Origin: Bispira polyomma | Taxonomy: Eukaryota | Reading direction: 5' to 3' | DNA: 64,000 nt | Assembly: GCA_965649765.1 (NCBI GenBank) | Contig: OZ287748.1 | Location: 68,944,001-69,008,000, forward strand | Part shown: positions 1 to 13,273 of the stretch, one piece after another | Position numbering within the stretch: the first letter of the stretch is position 1 | Layout: each line of letters starts with the position of its first letter | The notes under the pieces: generated by a model | What the model saw: only the letters and a program-made list of their open reading frames with translations | What the model was told of the DNA's origin: nothing | The model's database searches: none | Translations under genes and position numbers: made by a program

Positions 1-230
1 AAACTCTACTTTTAACCTACTTTTACTTGTAAATAACATTCTAACATGTACAGAAATAAATATCTCAAACTAGAAGCATTATATTTGGACCACTGAACAC
101 ATTACCTCACATACTTACCCCTGACTTATCTTACCAACTTGGGCAAACTGTAAAGCATTTAATTAAGAACAAATGACACTCTTCAAAGTAAATGATTCAG
201 AAGGAAAATTAATATATACATCAATTGTAG

Positions 231-3200
231 ATGTCACATGTCCAGGCTTACCAGAGGTCCAGCATGCAAAAACTATACAACAAGTCCACCAGAGGGATTA
301 TGGGAGCAGAGTTGATATTATTTGTGACTCGGGCTATGATTTTACTGATGGGGTGACTCAATATGTGAGCTTCTGTGACCAAGATGGATCATGGACCACA
401 AACTACACCAGTTGCCAGCGTATGTAAACGATTTAACATTGTTCTCTAACTAATTTCTTTGTAATTGAAAGTAAAAATATGAATTGTTTAATGAACAAGT
501 TTTGGGAACGAGATGTAATAATGTAATATATATATCTGCATTGTGTAAAATATGTTTGCACCCTCAGGTGTAAACTGTGGAATTCCTCCTGTTTTGTCGA
601 ACGGGTCTGTTGTTTACATATCCACTCTGTATGGGGATACTGCCACCACATTCTGTCAAGAGAATCATTGGGTGAAAGAACAGAAGCAGCCATCACAGGA
701 GTCTATCTGTTCTAAGAACAAAGTTTGGCATCCTGAAATTACAGACTGTGTGGGTGAGTTGACAAAAACAGAAATAAACTGTATATTTTAAGCAGTTATT
801 TATATTCTGTACTTTACAAAAACATATGGATTCCATGCACAAATAAGTGTGATTGTAATAGGAGTTAACTTTAAGGATATTATAAAGAGGTTTGGCATTA
901 ACTTGTATATAACTGTGGCCACAAAATGTTCAGAAAATAATACTAATACTTACTTAATGGGCAAGTATATCCTGAAATATTGTTGGGTTTGTCAAATTAT
1001 GCACTAAGATAAATTAAATCAGCAGTTCATTAATAGAATATCACCTACATTTGGATAAATTTTACTTGTTACGTTATAGTCTGTTTACTCCAGAGCCTAT
1101 ACTCGGATATAGTGTGTTAATTCATTCGAATACTATGCCATAAATAAACCCCCTCAAAAACAATAACCCTCAAGTCATAAATGATTTGGCCAGAACTTGT
1201 CAACAACATCAAACAATTTACAAACATGGAGTTGTGTATTCAAATTATTTTTACAGTGGAATATCTAATCTAGCTTGGCTTAAAGATACAATACAATTTC
1301 ATGATGACATTATTATTAAGTTTCTATATCCTTCCAGAAGTGGAATGCCCACCTCTATCCACCTGGCTTGGCCTAAACCTGAATACCTCACAGAAAACAG
1401 TGGGCACCTATGTGTTGGTCACTTGTACACTGGGGCTTTATATGGGCACCAGGGAAAATATCACTTTGAAATGTCTAACAGATGGAACCTGGTCTGAAGA
1501 TGTAGTGTGTAAAGGTAGAGATATACATTTCATATATATTTAAAGATTTGTACCAGAGTTCACAAACTGTTTTTCACCCTCAACAATAAGACTAAGTTCA
1601 TTTTTACCTTTCCATTTCCTTTGGTCCGAGATTTATTCAACTGATAATGAAAATCCCACATTACAGTAAAAGTTTTTCGAGTTAGTTTCACTTAATAACT
1701 TATTTAAAAATCTCCACAATTCTTCATTTTTATTTTAAAATTTGTGTGATCAATATACCACTGACCTGAGATAATTTATTGACAAGCAAGCCGCCCTTCT
1801 AATCAAATTTAACTTGTAAAGCGCTTATCTCTGTGCTAGCAGATTCTAAGGCACATGAGATTGATTCTGTTGCACTTAAACTAAAAAAAAATACTTGTCT
1901 AACCATATGGGAAACCCACACCAAACAAATTACAGAAAATTCTATTCAACTAAGGCAGCAGCACTACTGAAAATTAGCAATGATATCAACATGATCTTGG
2001 ATAGAAATTGTGTGGTTGCCCTAATCTGTCACGTTTGATACAATCGATCAGAAGATAACCCATGGATCTCTAAATTCTTTGATTGGTCTATCAGACTTAG
2101 TTATTCAATAGGTTCAATGTTATCTAGACATCAAGATCACACCATGAGTGCCACCGGAACCAAGTCTTCCCCCTCTTATGCCTTTCGGTGTCCAGCAAGG
2201 TTATGTTCTTGGAGTCTTTCTTTTTCACTGTACACAACTCCACTTTGAAGACTGACAAACACACACCACAATATCAACTTTCACTTTCATGCAGACAATA
2301 CACAAACATACTGCTCCCTCACCCCCAAAAATGTTCCCAGTTCCTTGATCGGCTCCCTGGATGCCGCACATCAATTGAACCTTAGATCAATCACTCTCAA
2401 TTAAAATTGAACCCCTTCAAAACAATCTATGTAGAATTGTAAGTCATGCTAGTCACTCAGACACAATATCTGAGTTCTGTATTAAATTACTGTAATAGTC
2501 CTCATTTTAAAGACAGTCCATGTGCAGCGACATGCCTCCTTTTTGTCATTTATGTTGTCTGTCAGCAATTTTACCAGAGGAAATTGTCTCTCCACCTCTG
2601 ACTTCTTGTCTCCCAAAACTGGCTCTTTCAACATCTTTAAGTTGTAGCATCTGTGGATTGAAAGGGTCTCTGTATTAGTCTTTCCAGTGGGACAAGGATT
2701 ACAGGTTCTAGGAAAAAAATCAAAACACATCTGTATCAACTTGCTTTTCCGCCTTAAAATTTCGTCTGCTGATCACGACTGAACTCTAGTTTATGGCACT
2801 ACAATAGTGGTTTGAGAGTTTTCAGTATTTTGAGGGGAATGCTATCACAACACCTCTCCTACAGAAACCATTTATCTGGCCTCAGATAAATGGTAAGTTT
2901 GTATTTGTTTAGTCAGGCTTATGTTATCTGCCAGATTTATAAAGTCCCTGTAGAAGATGATAAATCACTGCTCCAATCAACTATTCAATGTTGAAATATT
3001 CAGTCACAATGATGCCAGACTGCCTAAATCGTATTTTGTTTAACCTTGTAATAAAAAAACTAGTATTATTTTCCTGAGTATCACGTTGAATATCAATTAG
3101 TTAAGCACTAATGCCATGATTTGGACATCTATACAAATAACCATAGATGTACAATCTTCCCAAGGAGAAGAGCCATCATTTTGTTTCTTATGATATGGAA

Positions 3201-4333
3201 CATTCTTGTGTGGGATGATTTGCTTTCCAAATTAAGCATCATTTAGTCTGGCTCACTACATCTATATCAAATATACTGCATGTACTGCTGAGCAAACTGC
3301 TCTTTCTTTCCAGTGAATTATCGTTCTCAATAAGTTGCTTTAACTCTTTATCTAATTTTCCTTATGTAACCTCTGAAGTTTGTTTTACCTGGTCTAACTC
3401 TGAGGTTAATGGTTTTCGTTCTTCTTTAAACAGTATACACTTACAGTATACTTCCACAAGTGACAGGTGGATATGGCGAAGTTGGTGATACAGATGACCC
3501 CATTGTAGAAACCAAAATAAAAAGAAATACAATCAATTGCATGCTGATCAAACTTGTCTCAAATCATGTGACTAAAGTTATATTACTGCTGCTGTACCTG
3601 GATGTTTCAATTACATTTAACTTTTTTTAGTTTAATTGTGTTTTTAAACTGGTTATGGTAGCCCTTTTTCATGAAGTCCAACCTTGTCAGAAATGTTCTT
3701 AAACATTACAGATTAGTGTCCTTATATATAGGAGGCTGCAGTATCCACATCCACAAGCAACATACGGATAGTGTTACTGTGCCTGCTTACAGAAAATACC
3801 ATTCAACTGCTGTTCTGAACATCTGTAATAGCCATAGTTGTTCAGGATAAAGGTTAAGCCACTGCTCATGGATTTATCAGTAGCTTTTGGCACTGTTGAA
3901 ACATGATTTGGGCTTAAAGTCTTCAACATAAACGTGATCCATATGTATTTGACTGATAAAAATGACAGATGAAATTTTATAATTAGCTGTCTCAATCCCA
4001 AGGCACTATGCTTGTGTTTTAGACGTGTCTCAAGCGATATATGTATAAATTATACTTCTGTATTCTTATAAAATGTTGTCTATATGGTATGTACTAAATT
4101 GTCTGTGCTTTCATTACATTCAGTATTTTAGCACTTGAAGAGTGTAGTCTGTCGTCACAAGTGGTTATGTTTTCTGTATTAAAGCGAACCATTTGCCAGA
4201 CATTGAAGTCACAAGTCCTACAGAAGGTGCAAGCGGGCCACTGATTGGACTAGTCTCCCTTGTCATAGTTCTACTCATCATAATAATGGTTTTCATTAGT
4301 GACCTGCCACATCTAGTGAAACTCTTTAAATAA
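231..4333 (+). CDS. 3' part of a multi-exon sushi/CCP-repeat single-pass membrane protein. Exons 231-419, 568-753, 1338-1514, terminal TM exon 4185-4333
   Basis: Three phase-1/1 AG..GT exons each encode one CCP module (e.g. VNCGIPP..NG..TFC..C..NKVW..C). The terminal exon, in matching phase, reads ANHLPDIEVTSPTEGASGPLIGLVSLVIVLLIIIMVFISDLPHLVKLFK* (hydrophobic TM). AATAAA at 4631. The 5' end lies outside the window. Confidence 0.85.
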
Positions 4334-6859
4334 CTGCTAAGTAGCAACAAAAAACTAGTATGAACTGATCAAAATTGGGTACAAACTTATTGTGATTGGT
4401 AATTTGACTGATGTGTTGAACATTTGATGGTTAATATATATATTTTAAGTACAATGTTTATGATTATTTTTTTTTGTTTTTTTTTAATTTTGTTTTTAAC
4501 ATTTTTATAAATGTTCTAGTTATATTGTTAAAAAGATGTCATGCATCAGGCAAATATATATAGAAACTTTGCATTTGTGGCACATTTTTCTTTGATTAAA
4601 TATTTTTTTTAATATATCGTAAATACAGTAAATAAAAAGCTTGATTCTTTGCTCTGGCTTCCGGTTGTATATACTGATTTCACACATGATTTCCAGCGAT
4701 ATCTATATATAAAGTAGAGAATTCCTCAGTGCACATAACACTGTAGCAATCAATAGACTTCCAGTCTAAATATAGCACACAGCTTGAGGCATTTTCTTTT
4801 TTTGCTGGAATTTTCTGATTCTTTCTTTGTTGAGGTCATATGATGCGGGTTAATGAAATACATTAATAGTATTCTAATTACATAGAAGTCCAGTTGTTTT
4901 AGTTCTCAGGAAAAAACTATTGCTCAATATTTCCCAGGGGCAATATAAGGTCAGAAATATCCAACAAATCAATTCATTTTTTGTAGCAAAACGTTCATTG
5001 GAGATGGCTTATCAGAAAAAAAACATGGAATCGTTAGAATCACTTTAATAAACATTATATAATTCAAAACACACACATTTTATATGACAATATCATTTTA
5101 GTTTAAATTTAGTGTGGTTTTAAATTAATAGTTGAAAAAACACTGTAAAGCACCGACCATCAGGGAAGTACCCACAAACTTTCCCACATGAAGGAACAAA
5201 ATGGATTCAAACTCACATTGCTGAAAGGCCGGTGACTGTGAAGCATGATCTTCAAACCACTAAGACACCCCGGCCCTACAGATTACAATGCAAGTGGTCA
5301 TCTTAATTCCCCTTACTGTGTATTTGGTATTTATGCAAACTTGTAAAATATGGTATTGCTCGCCTTGTTGATGCGAGGCATGTTCTGAAAAATCAGTTAA
5401 CCAATAGAGAAGTCCAAAAACAGAATATACATGAACAAATAAAAAAAAAAGATAGAATGAAATATTGGAACACCATACTGAGTAACATATACCAGGTCAC
5501 AAATACACAAAGTTAATAGTTTTTTTGCACTGAAATGATGGAACTTCTTTTAAAGAAAAGGTGTGTAACCTAACTCAATAAATGAGTCTTATTAAGTACA
5601 AGTAATAATAATAATACCAATGGAATCATTGCAAACACATTTGCGTAACTGTGATCTGGTGGCTTTTGATTAATCATACTCACTAGTTGACTGAATATTT
5701 GTCTGAATACTGCATCAGATACTGGGTGTTGTTGCATCGCATGGATTTTTAATTATAATATAGTATTTGTTAATTATTTATATTGTTTATCAGGTATTGT
5801 ATATACAATACAGTCATATAACATTATGTGTATTGTTTATCACATATTGTTATTGTTTGAACTTAAAAGCTATAACACTATTTGTATTGTTTATTAGATT
5901 TTGTTATTGTTTGTGCATTATAATTTGTGTTAAAAATGTTATGTTGACAGTTTAAAGTAACCTTTTGTAGAAATATAAATCTAGCTAGCCCTAGCAAATA
6001 TGGAAAGCATCCTACGGCTTAAGCTGTATCGGTACAGTGTCTATATTATATTGTATTTTATTGGTTACTATATTAGGGCATCTGAGGTCTACTGTATTTC
6101 TCGCCTTTTCCCATGTTGTTTAAATTTCCAGGAGTAACAAGTTCATTTTCAAGGCATACTATACGGAAAAGGCACGACCGAGTTCAGCTCTAACTGTTCT
6201 ATATCCATTACAAACTCAAACATATGTAAACAGGGGTTAATTATGCAAGATGTTTGAACTACAACATAAACTCTATTGTTGACAATACAATCAACAAATG
6301 CTTGAACTGTTTGGCCAGACAATATTTACTTGTTCCTGCTAATGATGTTTTTCCATTGGGCCTCGCTGCAGTCTTTGCCTTAATATTGATGTACTACCTG
6401 TGACAGCAGATGGACATTTCTCGTGAACTACAGTTTGATACTTGGGCCCATTTGAAAGATCAAACAAATGGCTCCTATGTACTACAAACAATTAATAAAA
6501 TTTATTAAAAACAAATTCTAGAAATGTTTTGTTAACAACAAGGAACCATAAATATATATATATAAAATGAAAAAAAAATAATTTCAGCAATTTTTATGAA
6601 AGCAAAAGTTGTTTTAGCAATTATTATGAAATGAAAAGTTTTTTTAAGTATACTTTTGACCTACTCGATGATATATTTTCAGGGTCATATGTTACATTTG
6701 ACAGGGTTATAAGTTGGTGGCCAGTGGCATGTAGATATTTGTTACAAAGCAAATCAGGACACTAGTTCAGCATTCTGTGGGTGTGCGGTCATATGTTCTA
6801 CTATTGACAGTGTGGATCTTTGTGTGAACCCACAAGTCACGTGTCATATCATTACATAT

Positions 6860-6860
6860 C

Positions 6861-6920
<60 letters not shown>
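6860..6920. repeat. (CA)n(TA)n microsatellite
   Basis: Direct reading. Confidence 0.95.
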
Positions 6921-6922
<2 letters not shown>

Positions 6923-7574
6923 AAACCCATTGGTCTGCCATTCTGTTGGATACAATAGATGACTTGCCTGAAGTATAAGTGGTAAGATGTTGCTTGGCAC
7001 TGTGACTGTAATACTCTGCTTTACAATTGGTGAGTATATATATATATATGTGTGTGTGTGTGTATAGACAATATTATCATAGTTATTGTTTACATAAATA
7101 TGTTTGTATGGTAATAATCAATCATTTAAATTACATGTTTTTCAGTTTTAAAATTATTATTGAAGTATTTATATAGCCCCTTATTGATATATATAATTCT
7201 GAGGCACGCATTTGGTGCAAAGATTGCTCCGTAACATACATTGGTCATCATTAGTAGGCAATGTCATGTTCACATCTTGCCCAATGATGTTATCCCACCA
7301 TCCGATCAGCAAACCAACATCCAACAATGGTTGTCAAATCAGGGACCTGCTGAACCACAGACCAACCAACTTCTAACCACTAGTGACTACTTAGCTTTAT
7401 GTCTCATTGGATATCAATAAAAGAATGAAATCATCTCTATTTGACATTAGATAAAACCCTGTATTCAAAACTTCATATATCTTAGACATATAAAGAGATA
7501 TTTACCTGATTAAACCATTGTCTCTATAAATTCGCCATTATTCAAAGCTGTTTTTGATGCAGACAGCTGTTGAT

Positions 7575-7920
7575 TAAATGTATCTACAGGTTGGCTGATC
7601 TGTCAAATATATTAGCTTATCTACAGGTAGAAGTATCTTCAAAAACATCAAGTTATCAATAGGCAGGTTTATCTGCAAAAAATCAGTTTATGTACAGGTT
7701 GGCTTATATTTGCAAATATATCGGCTTATGTACAGGTTGGCGTAAATTTGCAAATATATCAGCTTATGTACAGGTTGGCTTACATCTGCAAATAAATCAG
7801 CTTATGTACAAGTTGCCTTATATTTACAAATATATTGACTCATCTACAGGTAGGTCAATCTTTAAATATATCAGGTTATCTACTTATATTCTTATCTGCC
7901 AAAAAATATCAGCTTATCTC
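7575..7920. repeat. Degenerate 38-bp minisatellite, ~9 units
   Basis: TGTACAGG recurs at 7691, 7729, 7767; unit ~ATCAGCTTATGTACAGGTTGGCTTATATTTGCAAATAT. Confidence 0.85.
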
Positions 7921-8120
7921 TAATTGGTAGGAGACTCTACATCTAACATTGTTGGTTTGAATCCCAGTTCTAGTATTAATGTGGTAAATTTGCTTTAGAT
8001 TTTCTGAAGACCAGTGATTTGCAGATCAGAAAAACCTTGATTAAATACTCAGCTCTAGTTTCCTTTACTAGTGAGATTGCCATTATGATATCACAGAAAA
8101 CATTCATAAAGTGATGCTTA

Positions 8121-8746
8121 TAGCCTGGTCACACCTACAGGTGCTGGAGCTACGTGTGTGTGACGTTTTCAATTGTTTAGAAACTTAGTACAGACGTAGT
8201 AGAAGGTACTGAAAAAGTGCTGAGTTTGTTCCCGGATGTTGCTTAACAGATGATATCATTCTGGAAAAACGTCTCCGTTTGGTCTGCTACCACAATTATT
8301 TCAAACTGTTTGAAACAATCGTGTCACAGCTCCTGTTTATCCACGTTTCTTTGTTCGTCACAAAAGGGTTTCCGAAAGTAGTATAGACGTATCAGTAAGT
8401 AGCTCCACATATTAGTAAGTAGCAAAGAAGTCCCAGTAAGTAGTGAGATCGTCTCCACTAGTTTCTGTTAGTTAAAAACGTTTCACTAAGTAGCAGAAGG
8501 CAATAGAACACAGTATAGTACATCTACGTAGTAGTAGATAGTGATATCCTACCAGTAAAGTGTTAGATGTTTTCCCCTGCTTCGTGTGTATAAAGTACCA
8601 ACATTCTCACAAAACATCACAAAAATGGCACAATCGACTCCCTCTTTATAAAAATGACGTCACTATGACACAAAACTACCACGCTTTCAGTGTATATTGC
8701 TTAGGTACATAGGGGAACGTTAACACGTGTAGGTGTGACCAGGCCA
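8121..8746. mobile_element. Non-autonomous DNA transposon (MITE)
   Basis: TIRs GCCTGGTCACACCTACA (8123) / TGTAGGTGTGACCAGGC (ends 8744); no coding capacity. Confidence 0.8.
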
Positions 8747-9080
8747 TAAACAGACTATCTATGGTTATGGCCATATATTGAGGGGGAAGTTATTGGAAGC
8801 TGTATTTTGAAAAATTTAAAGCAGTAAAACAATATATCCAATGCTGCTTTACAGTAACATCTAATCATGGTGGAATTGGCTTTCATTACATCATGAAACT
8901 GATCAGTGAATTTCTGAAAATAGCAAAACTACAGGCTTAATATAACTAAACATCATTCTTATGGTAATAAACACCAGAATACATGTCTTAATTGAAAGCG
9001 ACAGCCAAAGCACATATATTAAAACCTGACAGCCGAAAGAGGAAACCTACTTTTTCGACTACTTTTTTGTTCAATTATGG

Positions 9081-9299
9081 TACACGGGCGGTCACAATAG
9101 TGTCCAGGTCACAATATTAGTTGACACACTTTTGAAAGTATAGAACGTAGATTTCTCAAAAAAGAAATATATAGTATTCTGTAATTTAGTTCATATGCCT
9201 AAAGTCGCCTGTATTATCAATTTTAATTTCTGTCAGTAAGTTTATCAAAAATGCAACAGACACTATTATGACCCGGACACTATTGTGAACGCCCGTTTA
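9081..9299. mobile_element. MITE with ~35-bp TIRs
   Basis: ACGGGCGGTCACAATAGTGTCCAGGTCACAATA versus TATTATGACCCGGACACTATTGTGAACGCCCGT; a related element lies at 35988-36203. Confidence 0.8.
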
Positions 9300-9862
9300 G
9301 TACACTCATAAAATATATTGTGAACATTATGTTCACATTTGGTTGATATCCTCATGTTTTCTGCAGCTTTAAAATTATTTACAAAGGGGAGGGAGGCCGT
9401 ACAAGCGGATCAGGTCCTTGGAATCTACTTGGAGGCTTCCTCACATGCTTGCTGGTTTTCCTGTCCATCATTTACCTATGGGTTATGAGTAAACAGTAAA
9501 CATCAATGTGGAAACATATATAGTTTTATACATATAAGTGCACTAATTGCACTTGATAAGTTTATAATAGATTCAATGCAAGATTTACCAATATTCACTA
9601 TACAAAACTACGATATTGTATTTGTAAAGCCAATATGTGAGTATATTTGGTGGGCTGACACCACGGTGGCAGCCCCCTCAGTTCTGGTACCAGGCTACTG
9701 GGGGACAATTAGGCCACCTGGGGTCACGAGGGCACATATAAAAGGCTTTGGCGCCTATACAGCGCCATCATTAAAACTTTAACTTGTCACAATAACAGTG
9801 TTTTTTACAATTGGGCGTTTACTACCCTATTTACGTGTTTTAAGCCATTTTAGTCATTGATC

Positions 9863-10867
9863 ATGCCTTCTAGAAGGGAATATCAGTGTAGTGCGTGCAT
9901 GACAAGACATACACGGCCTGTTGGTAAAAACTGTCGGTTTGTGGAGGGCAGCGTCGCTGATGATGTGTCCACGGTTGGTTCCACCGCTGGTGAGATTTCT
10001 GCTTCAGTTTCTGAAGTAATACTTCAGCAGCTTAACTCATTGAATAGCAAGATGGACAGCATGGACCAATGCGTGAAGGTCACGGAGGCGGCGCTGTGCC
10101 CACCCAGCGCACATCAGGCATGTAGTACTTTACCTACTAAAACTGTTGATATTAATCCTACTGTGGTAATCCCTCGCATTGTAGAGCCAGTAGCAGAGGC
10201 GTTAGCCCCTTCACTAGATTATTTGCGTTCTAATGAGAATTTACAAACACAGGTGGATCAACGGTTACTGCAGCTCCAACAGCTTAATCAGTTAACGGGA
10301 GCAGGTAAATTAAAGTCCCAACGAGGGGGTTCTGATGCCCCCATAAAAAGGTCTGTAGATTGGCCCCAAAATTTCGTTCTTTCTGGAACCAGAAAGGTTA
10401 GGCCTACTTACGATGATTTGACATTAGTTCAGTTTATAGCTGGTTTTGTGAGATGTGTACAGGAACAAAAAACCTCTGAGATTAAGGAAGCTATGCTTGA
10501 GTACCTTGCAAATTTAATGGACGACGCCCACGACTTTTCGTGGGAAGCCGCCAAAGCCTCCCATGCGATATTACTCACCAATATGGAATTAGACCGACTT
10601 AAATGGACGGATGTGGATAAAGTGGATCGCATTCGCCGGGCCCATGCACAGCGTCATGGTTTGAGTAGTGCTGGTGTTGGTTCAAAGACTAATGTTAGTA
10701 GTAAGCAAAGAACTCAGGTTAAAACCCAGGGGGTGTACTGTAGATTTTTCCAGGAAGGTACCTGTAAGTTTAATACCACTCACCGAACTTCTGGTCAGCT
10801 TTTTAAACACTGCTGTGAGACATGTGATGGCTCTCACCAAACCAAATTATGTCAAAAAAGGGGTTAA
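9863..10867 (+). CDS. Gag-like ORF1 of element 1
   Basis: N-terminal CxxC..H..C motif, coiled-coil segment, WPQNF..RPTYDDLT motif shared with elements 2/3, C-terminal Cys/His fingers (CRFFQEGTC..H..C..C..H..C). Confidence 0.85.
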   Translation: MPSRREYQCSACMTRHTRPVGKNCRFVEGSVADDVSTVGSTAGEISASVSEVILQQLNSLNSKMDSMDQCVKVTEAALCPPSAHQACSTLPTKTVDINPTVVIPRIVEPVAEALAPSLDYLRSNENLQTQVDQRLLQLQQLNQLTGAGKLKSQRGGSDAPIKRSVDWPQNFVLSGTRKVRPTYDDLTLVQFIAGFVRCVQEQKTSEIKEAMLEYLANLMDDAHDFSWEAAKASHAILLTNMELDRLKWTDVDKVDRIRRAHAQRHGLSSAGVGSKTNVSSKQRTQVKTQGVYCRFFQEGTCKFNTTHRTSGQLFKHCCETCDGSHQTKLCQKRG

Positions 10868-13229
10868 AAAAACTGCACTGGTCGAACCCAAAGTGATTGG
10901 CAACACCCCTCGAGGAAGTACTACTGTGGGCGAAATTGGGGGAAGTAGATTGGGTAGCGTGTTAAGTCAGGGCAAAAACAAGTTTAATACTAGAAACGGC
11001 TCTGTATTTGACCAAAGAACAGCGAGAGTTATAACCCCTCCGGTCAATTGTTCCCGGCCTCGACTTCAGCCCAAAACGTGTCAACGTGATATTCAACACA
11101 ACTATCCTCGAGGTGTCAAACGTCACTCAGCGAAAAGTTCCACCCCTAGTAATCCCATAATGAAGTGTCAATGTGCTAGCAGAACAAAGGGAAACAGTGC
11201 AGGGTTTCAATTAACACTTTCCAATCAATATGGGATTTTAGACAATGCCTTTGGGGAGGGGGAAAGTGACATTACTGTGAGTGATTGTGTGGCGTCCCCC
11301 TCTGTTGAAGTGGGGGAGTCAACAAAGAGAACAATGAGTGGAAATAAAAAGGTGTTAGCCCCTAACAAGAACCCAACCAAAACAAACAATGATTTAAAGG
11401 ATGATCAGTATGTTCTTGACATGTGTCGCTCACTTGACAAGCGCAAGAGACTTGGTGAGGCTAAAGAGTGTGATACGTTCAAGTTATGGGATGTCCAAAA
11501 CAATGGGAAATTTGGGTTTATCCCCCTCTCGTCCTGGGGTAAAAAAGTACCAGATAATGCACAGAGAACAAATTGTACAAATGTTTTTGCCCTTCACCAG
11601 TCTTTGCGGGAAGACGGCCGTCCCAATTACAGGGGGCTGCGGATCCCTGTCGCCTCTCAATTAAATGCTCCAGTGTGGGCGGCTTATTTGGGGGACTACT
11701 GGGATTGGGAGCTCCCCTTGCTGATTAAGTACGGCTTTCCTCTTGACTGTAAGGCCAGGGGCGACTTTAAGTCGGAACTTAAAAATCATTCCTCTGCTAA
11801 TCAGTACCCCGACCATGTTACACATTATTTAAAGGAAGAGTGTAAATTAGGGGCCATGTATGGTCCCTTTGATGTGCCACCAATCTTAAATTTACATACT
11901 TCCCCTTTCATGACTCGCGACAAGTCTAGCTCCTCCAACCGTCGTGTTATAATTGACCTAAGCTGGCCTGAAGGCCGCTCTGTAAATTCTGCGGTGTGTC
12001 CAAATTCTTATTTGGACAAACAATTCTTGTTAACCTACCCGTCCATAGACACTATAACAGCTCAGGTACTTGCTATGGGTAGAAGTTCACTCATATTTAA
12101 AGCGGACATCAGTCGGGCGTTCCGACACGTCCCTATGGACCCAAGAGAGCTAAATTTACTGGGGTTATATTGGGATGGGTACTACGTAGACGGGTCCCTC
12201 CCCTTTGGCTACAAGCACGGCTCGGCCATATTCCAGAGAATTTCGGACGGCATCAGGTATATCATGAAAGGTGAAGGTCACCATATTATCAACTACATCG
12301 ACGATCTCCTTTGTTGTTCAGTTCCATCTAACATATATACCACATACCAGCGTTTGCAGGGGTTTCTGGCTGAACTGGGTCTCACCCTGAGTGACAAAAA
12401 GTTAGTCCCTCCTGCCACGCGTGTCACTTGTCTTGGTATAGTCATAGATACGGTCGATTTCACTACGTCTATACCTGTGGAAAAATTAACTACTATCCAA
12501 GCCTTGTGTGATAAGTGGGCTGGGAAGAAACATTGTACGAGGAGAGAACTCCAGTGTTTATTGGGTTCCCTCCTCTACATCTCAAAATGTGTTAAATATT
12601 CAAGATTTTTCTTGAATCGCATGTTGCATCTCTTGAGAAGTAATTATAAGGTACAAAATTTCAAAATCTCTACTGAATTCATGAAAGATTTAAATTGGTT
12701 TTGTACCTTTCTGAAAAAATTCAATGGTGTCTCCTTTTTCCACCATAATCCCATTACGGCCACTGTAGAATTGGATGCTTGTCTCACAGGCATGGGGGGG
12801 GGGGGGGGGGGGGGGGGGTTTGGTAATAAAGTCTACGCCTTAACTGTACCTCATGAATTCCAAAACCTTAATATTGCCTCCCTGGAGATGCTGAACATAG
12901 TCGTTGCCCTAAAACTGTGGGGTATCCTTTGGCAAGGCCAGAAAGTCCTCATTAAATGTGACAACCAGGCTGTAGTTAGTGTACTTACCAATGGTCGTAC
13001 CAGGGACAGTATACTGGCTTTGTACTCACGTAATATCTTTATGCTGGCTAGCCATCATGATATTGACTTACAAGTTATACACATATTAGGTGAACACAAC
13101 ACGACTGCAGACTTGCTGTCTAGATGGGAAAATTCCACACAGAACCATGCTAGATTACATACACTTGTAGGTGCAGTGCAGTGGTGTCCTGTCACGGACC
13201 AACACTTAATACTGGATAACACAATATAA
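10668..13229 (+). CDS. Pol (reverse transcriptase + RNase H) of element 1
   Basis: RT motifs RVIIDLS, KADISRAFR, LPFG, YIDD, CLGIVID; RNase H D(AC), E(MLN), (C)D(N), ADLLSR. True start unknown; ORF overlaps the gag end. Confidence 0.95.
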   Translation: MLVLVQRLMLVVSKELRLKPRGCTVDFSRKVPVSLIPLTELLVSFLNTAVRHVMALTKPNYVKKGVKKTALVEPKVIGNTPRGSTTVGEIGGSRLGSVLSQGKNKFNTRNGSVFDQRTARVITPPVNCSRPRLQPKTCQRDIQHNYPRGVKRHSAKSSTPSNPIMKCQCASRTKGNSAGFQLTLSNQYGILDNAFGEGESDITVSDCVASPSVEVGESTKRTMSGNKKVLAPNKNPTKTNNDLKDDQYVLDMCRSLDKRKRLGEAKECDTFKLWDVQNNGKFGFIPLSSWGKKVPDNAQRTNCTNVFALHQSLREDGRPNYRGLRIPVASQLNAPVWAAYLGDYWDWELPLLIKYGFPLDCKARGDFKSELKNHSSANQYPDHVTHYLKEECKLGAMYGPFDVPPILNLHTSPFMTRDKSSSSNRRVIIDLSWPEGRSVNSAVCPNSYLDKQFLLTYPSIDTITAQVLAMGRSSLIFKADISRAFRHVPMDPRELNLLGLYWDGYYVDGSLPFGYKHGSAIFQRISDGIRYIMKGEGHHIINYIDDLLCCSVPSNIYTTYQRLQGFLAELGLTLSDKKLVPPATRVTCLGIVIDTVDFTTSIPVEKLTTIQALCDKWAGKKHCTRRELQCLLGSLLYISKCVKYSRFFLNRMLHLLRSNYKVQNFKISTEFMKDLNWFCTFLKKFNGVSFFHHNPITATVELDACLTGMGGGGGGGGFGNKVYALTVPHEFQNLNIASLEMLNIVVALKLWGILWQGQKVLIKCDNQAVVSVLTNGRTRDSILALYSRNIFMLASHHDIDLQVIHILGEHNTTADLLSRWENSTQNHARLHTLVGAVQWCPVTDQHLILDNTI

Positions 13230-13273
13230 TGTCAGTTTGTGAGTCGCCTTCCCTGTACCAACCTGTATTTCAG

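Noticed and set aside
1750-3450. Possible decayed minus-strand TE ORF in the sushi gene intron
   Set aside because: Too degenerate; no diagnostic motif could be read.
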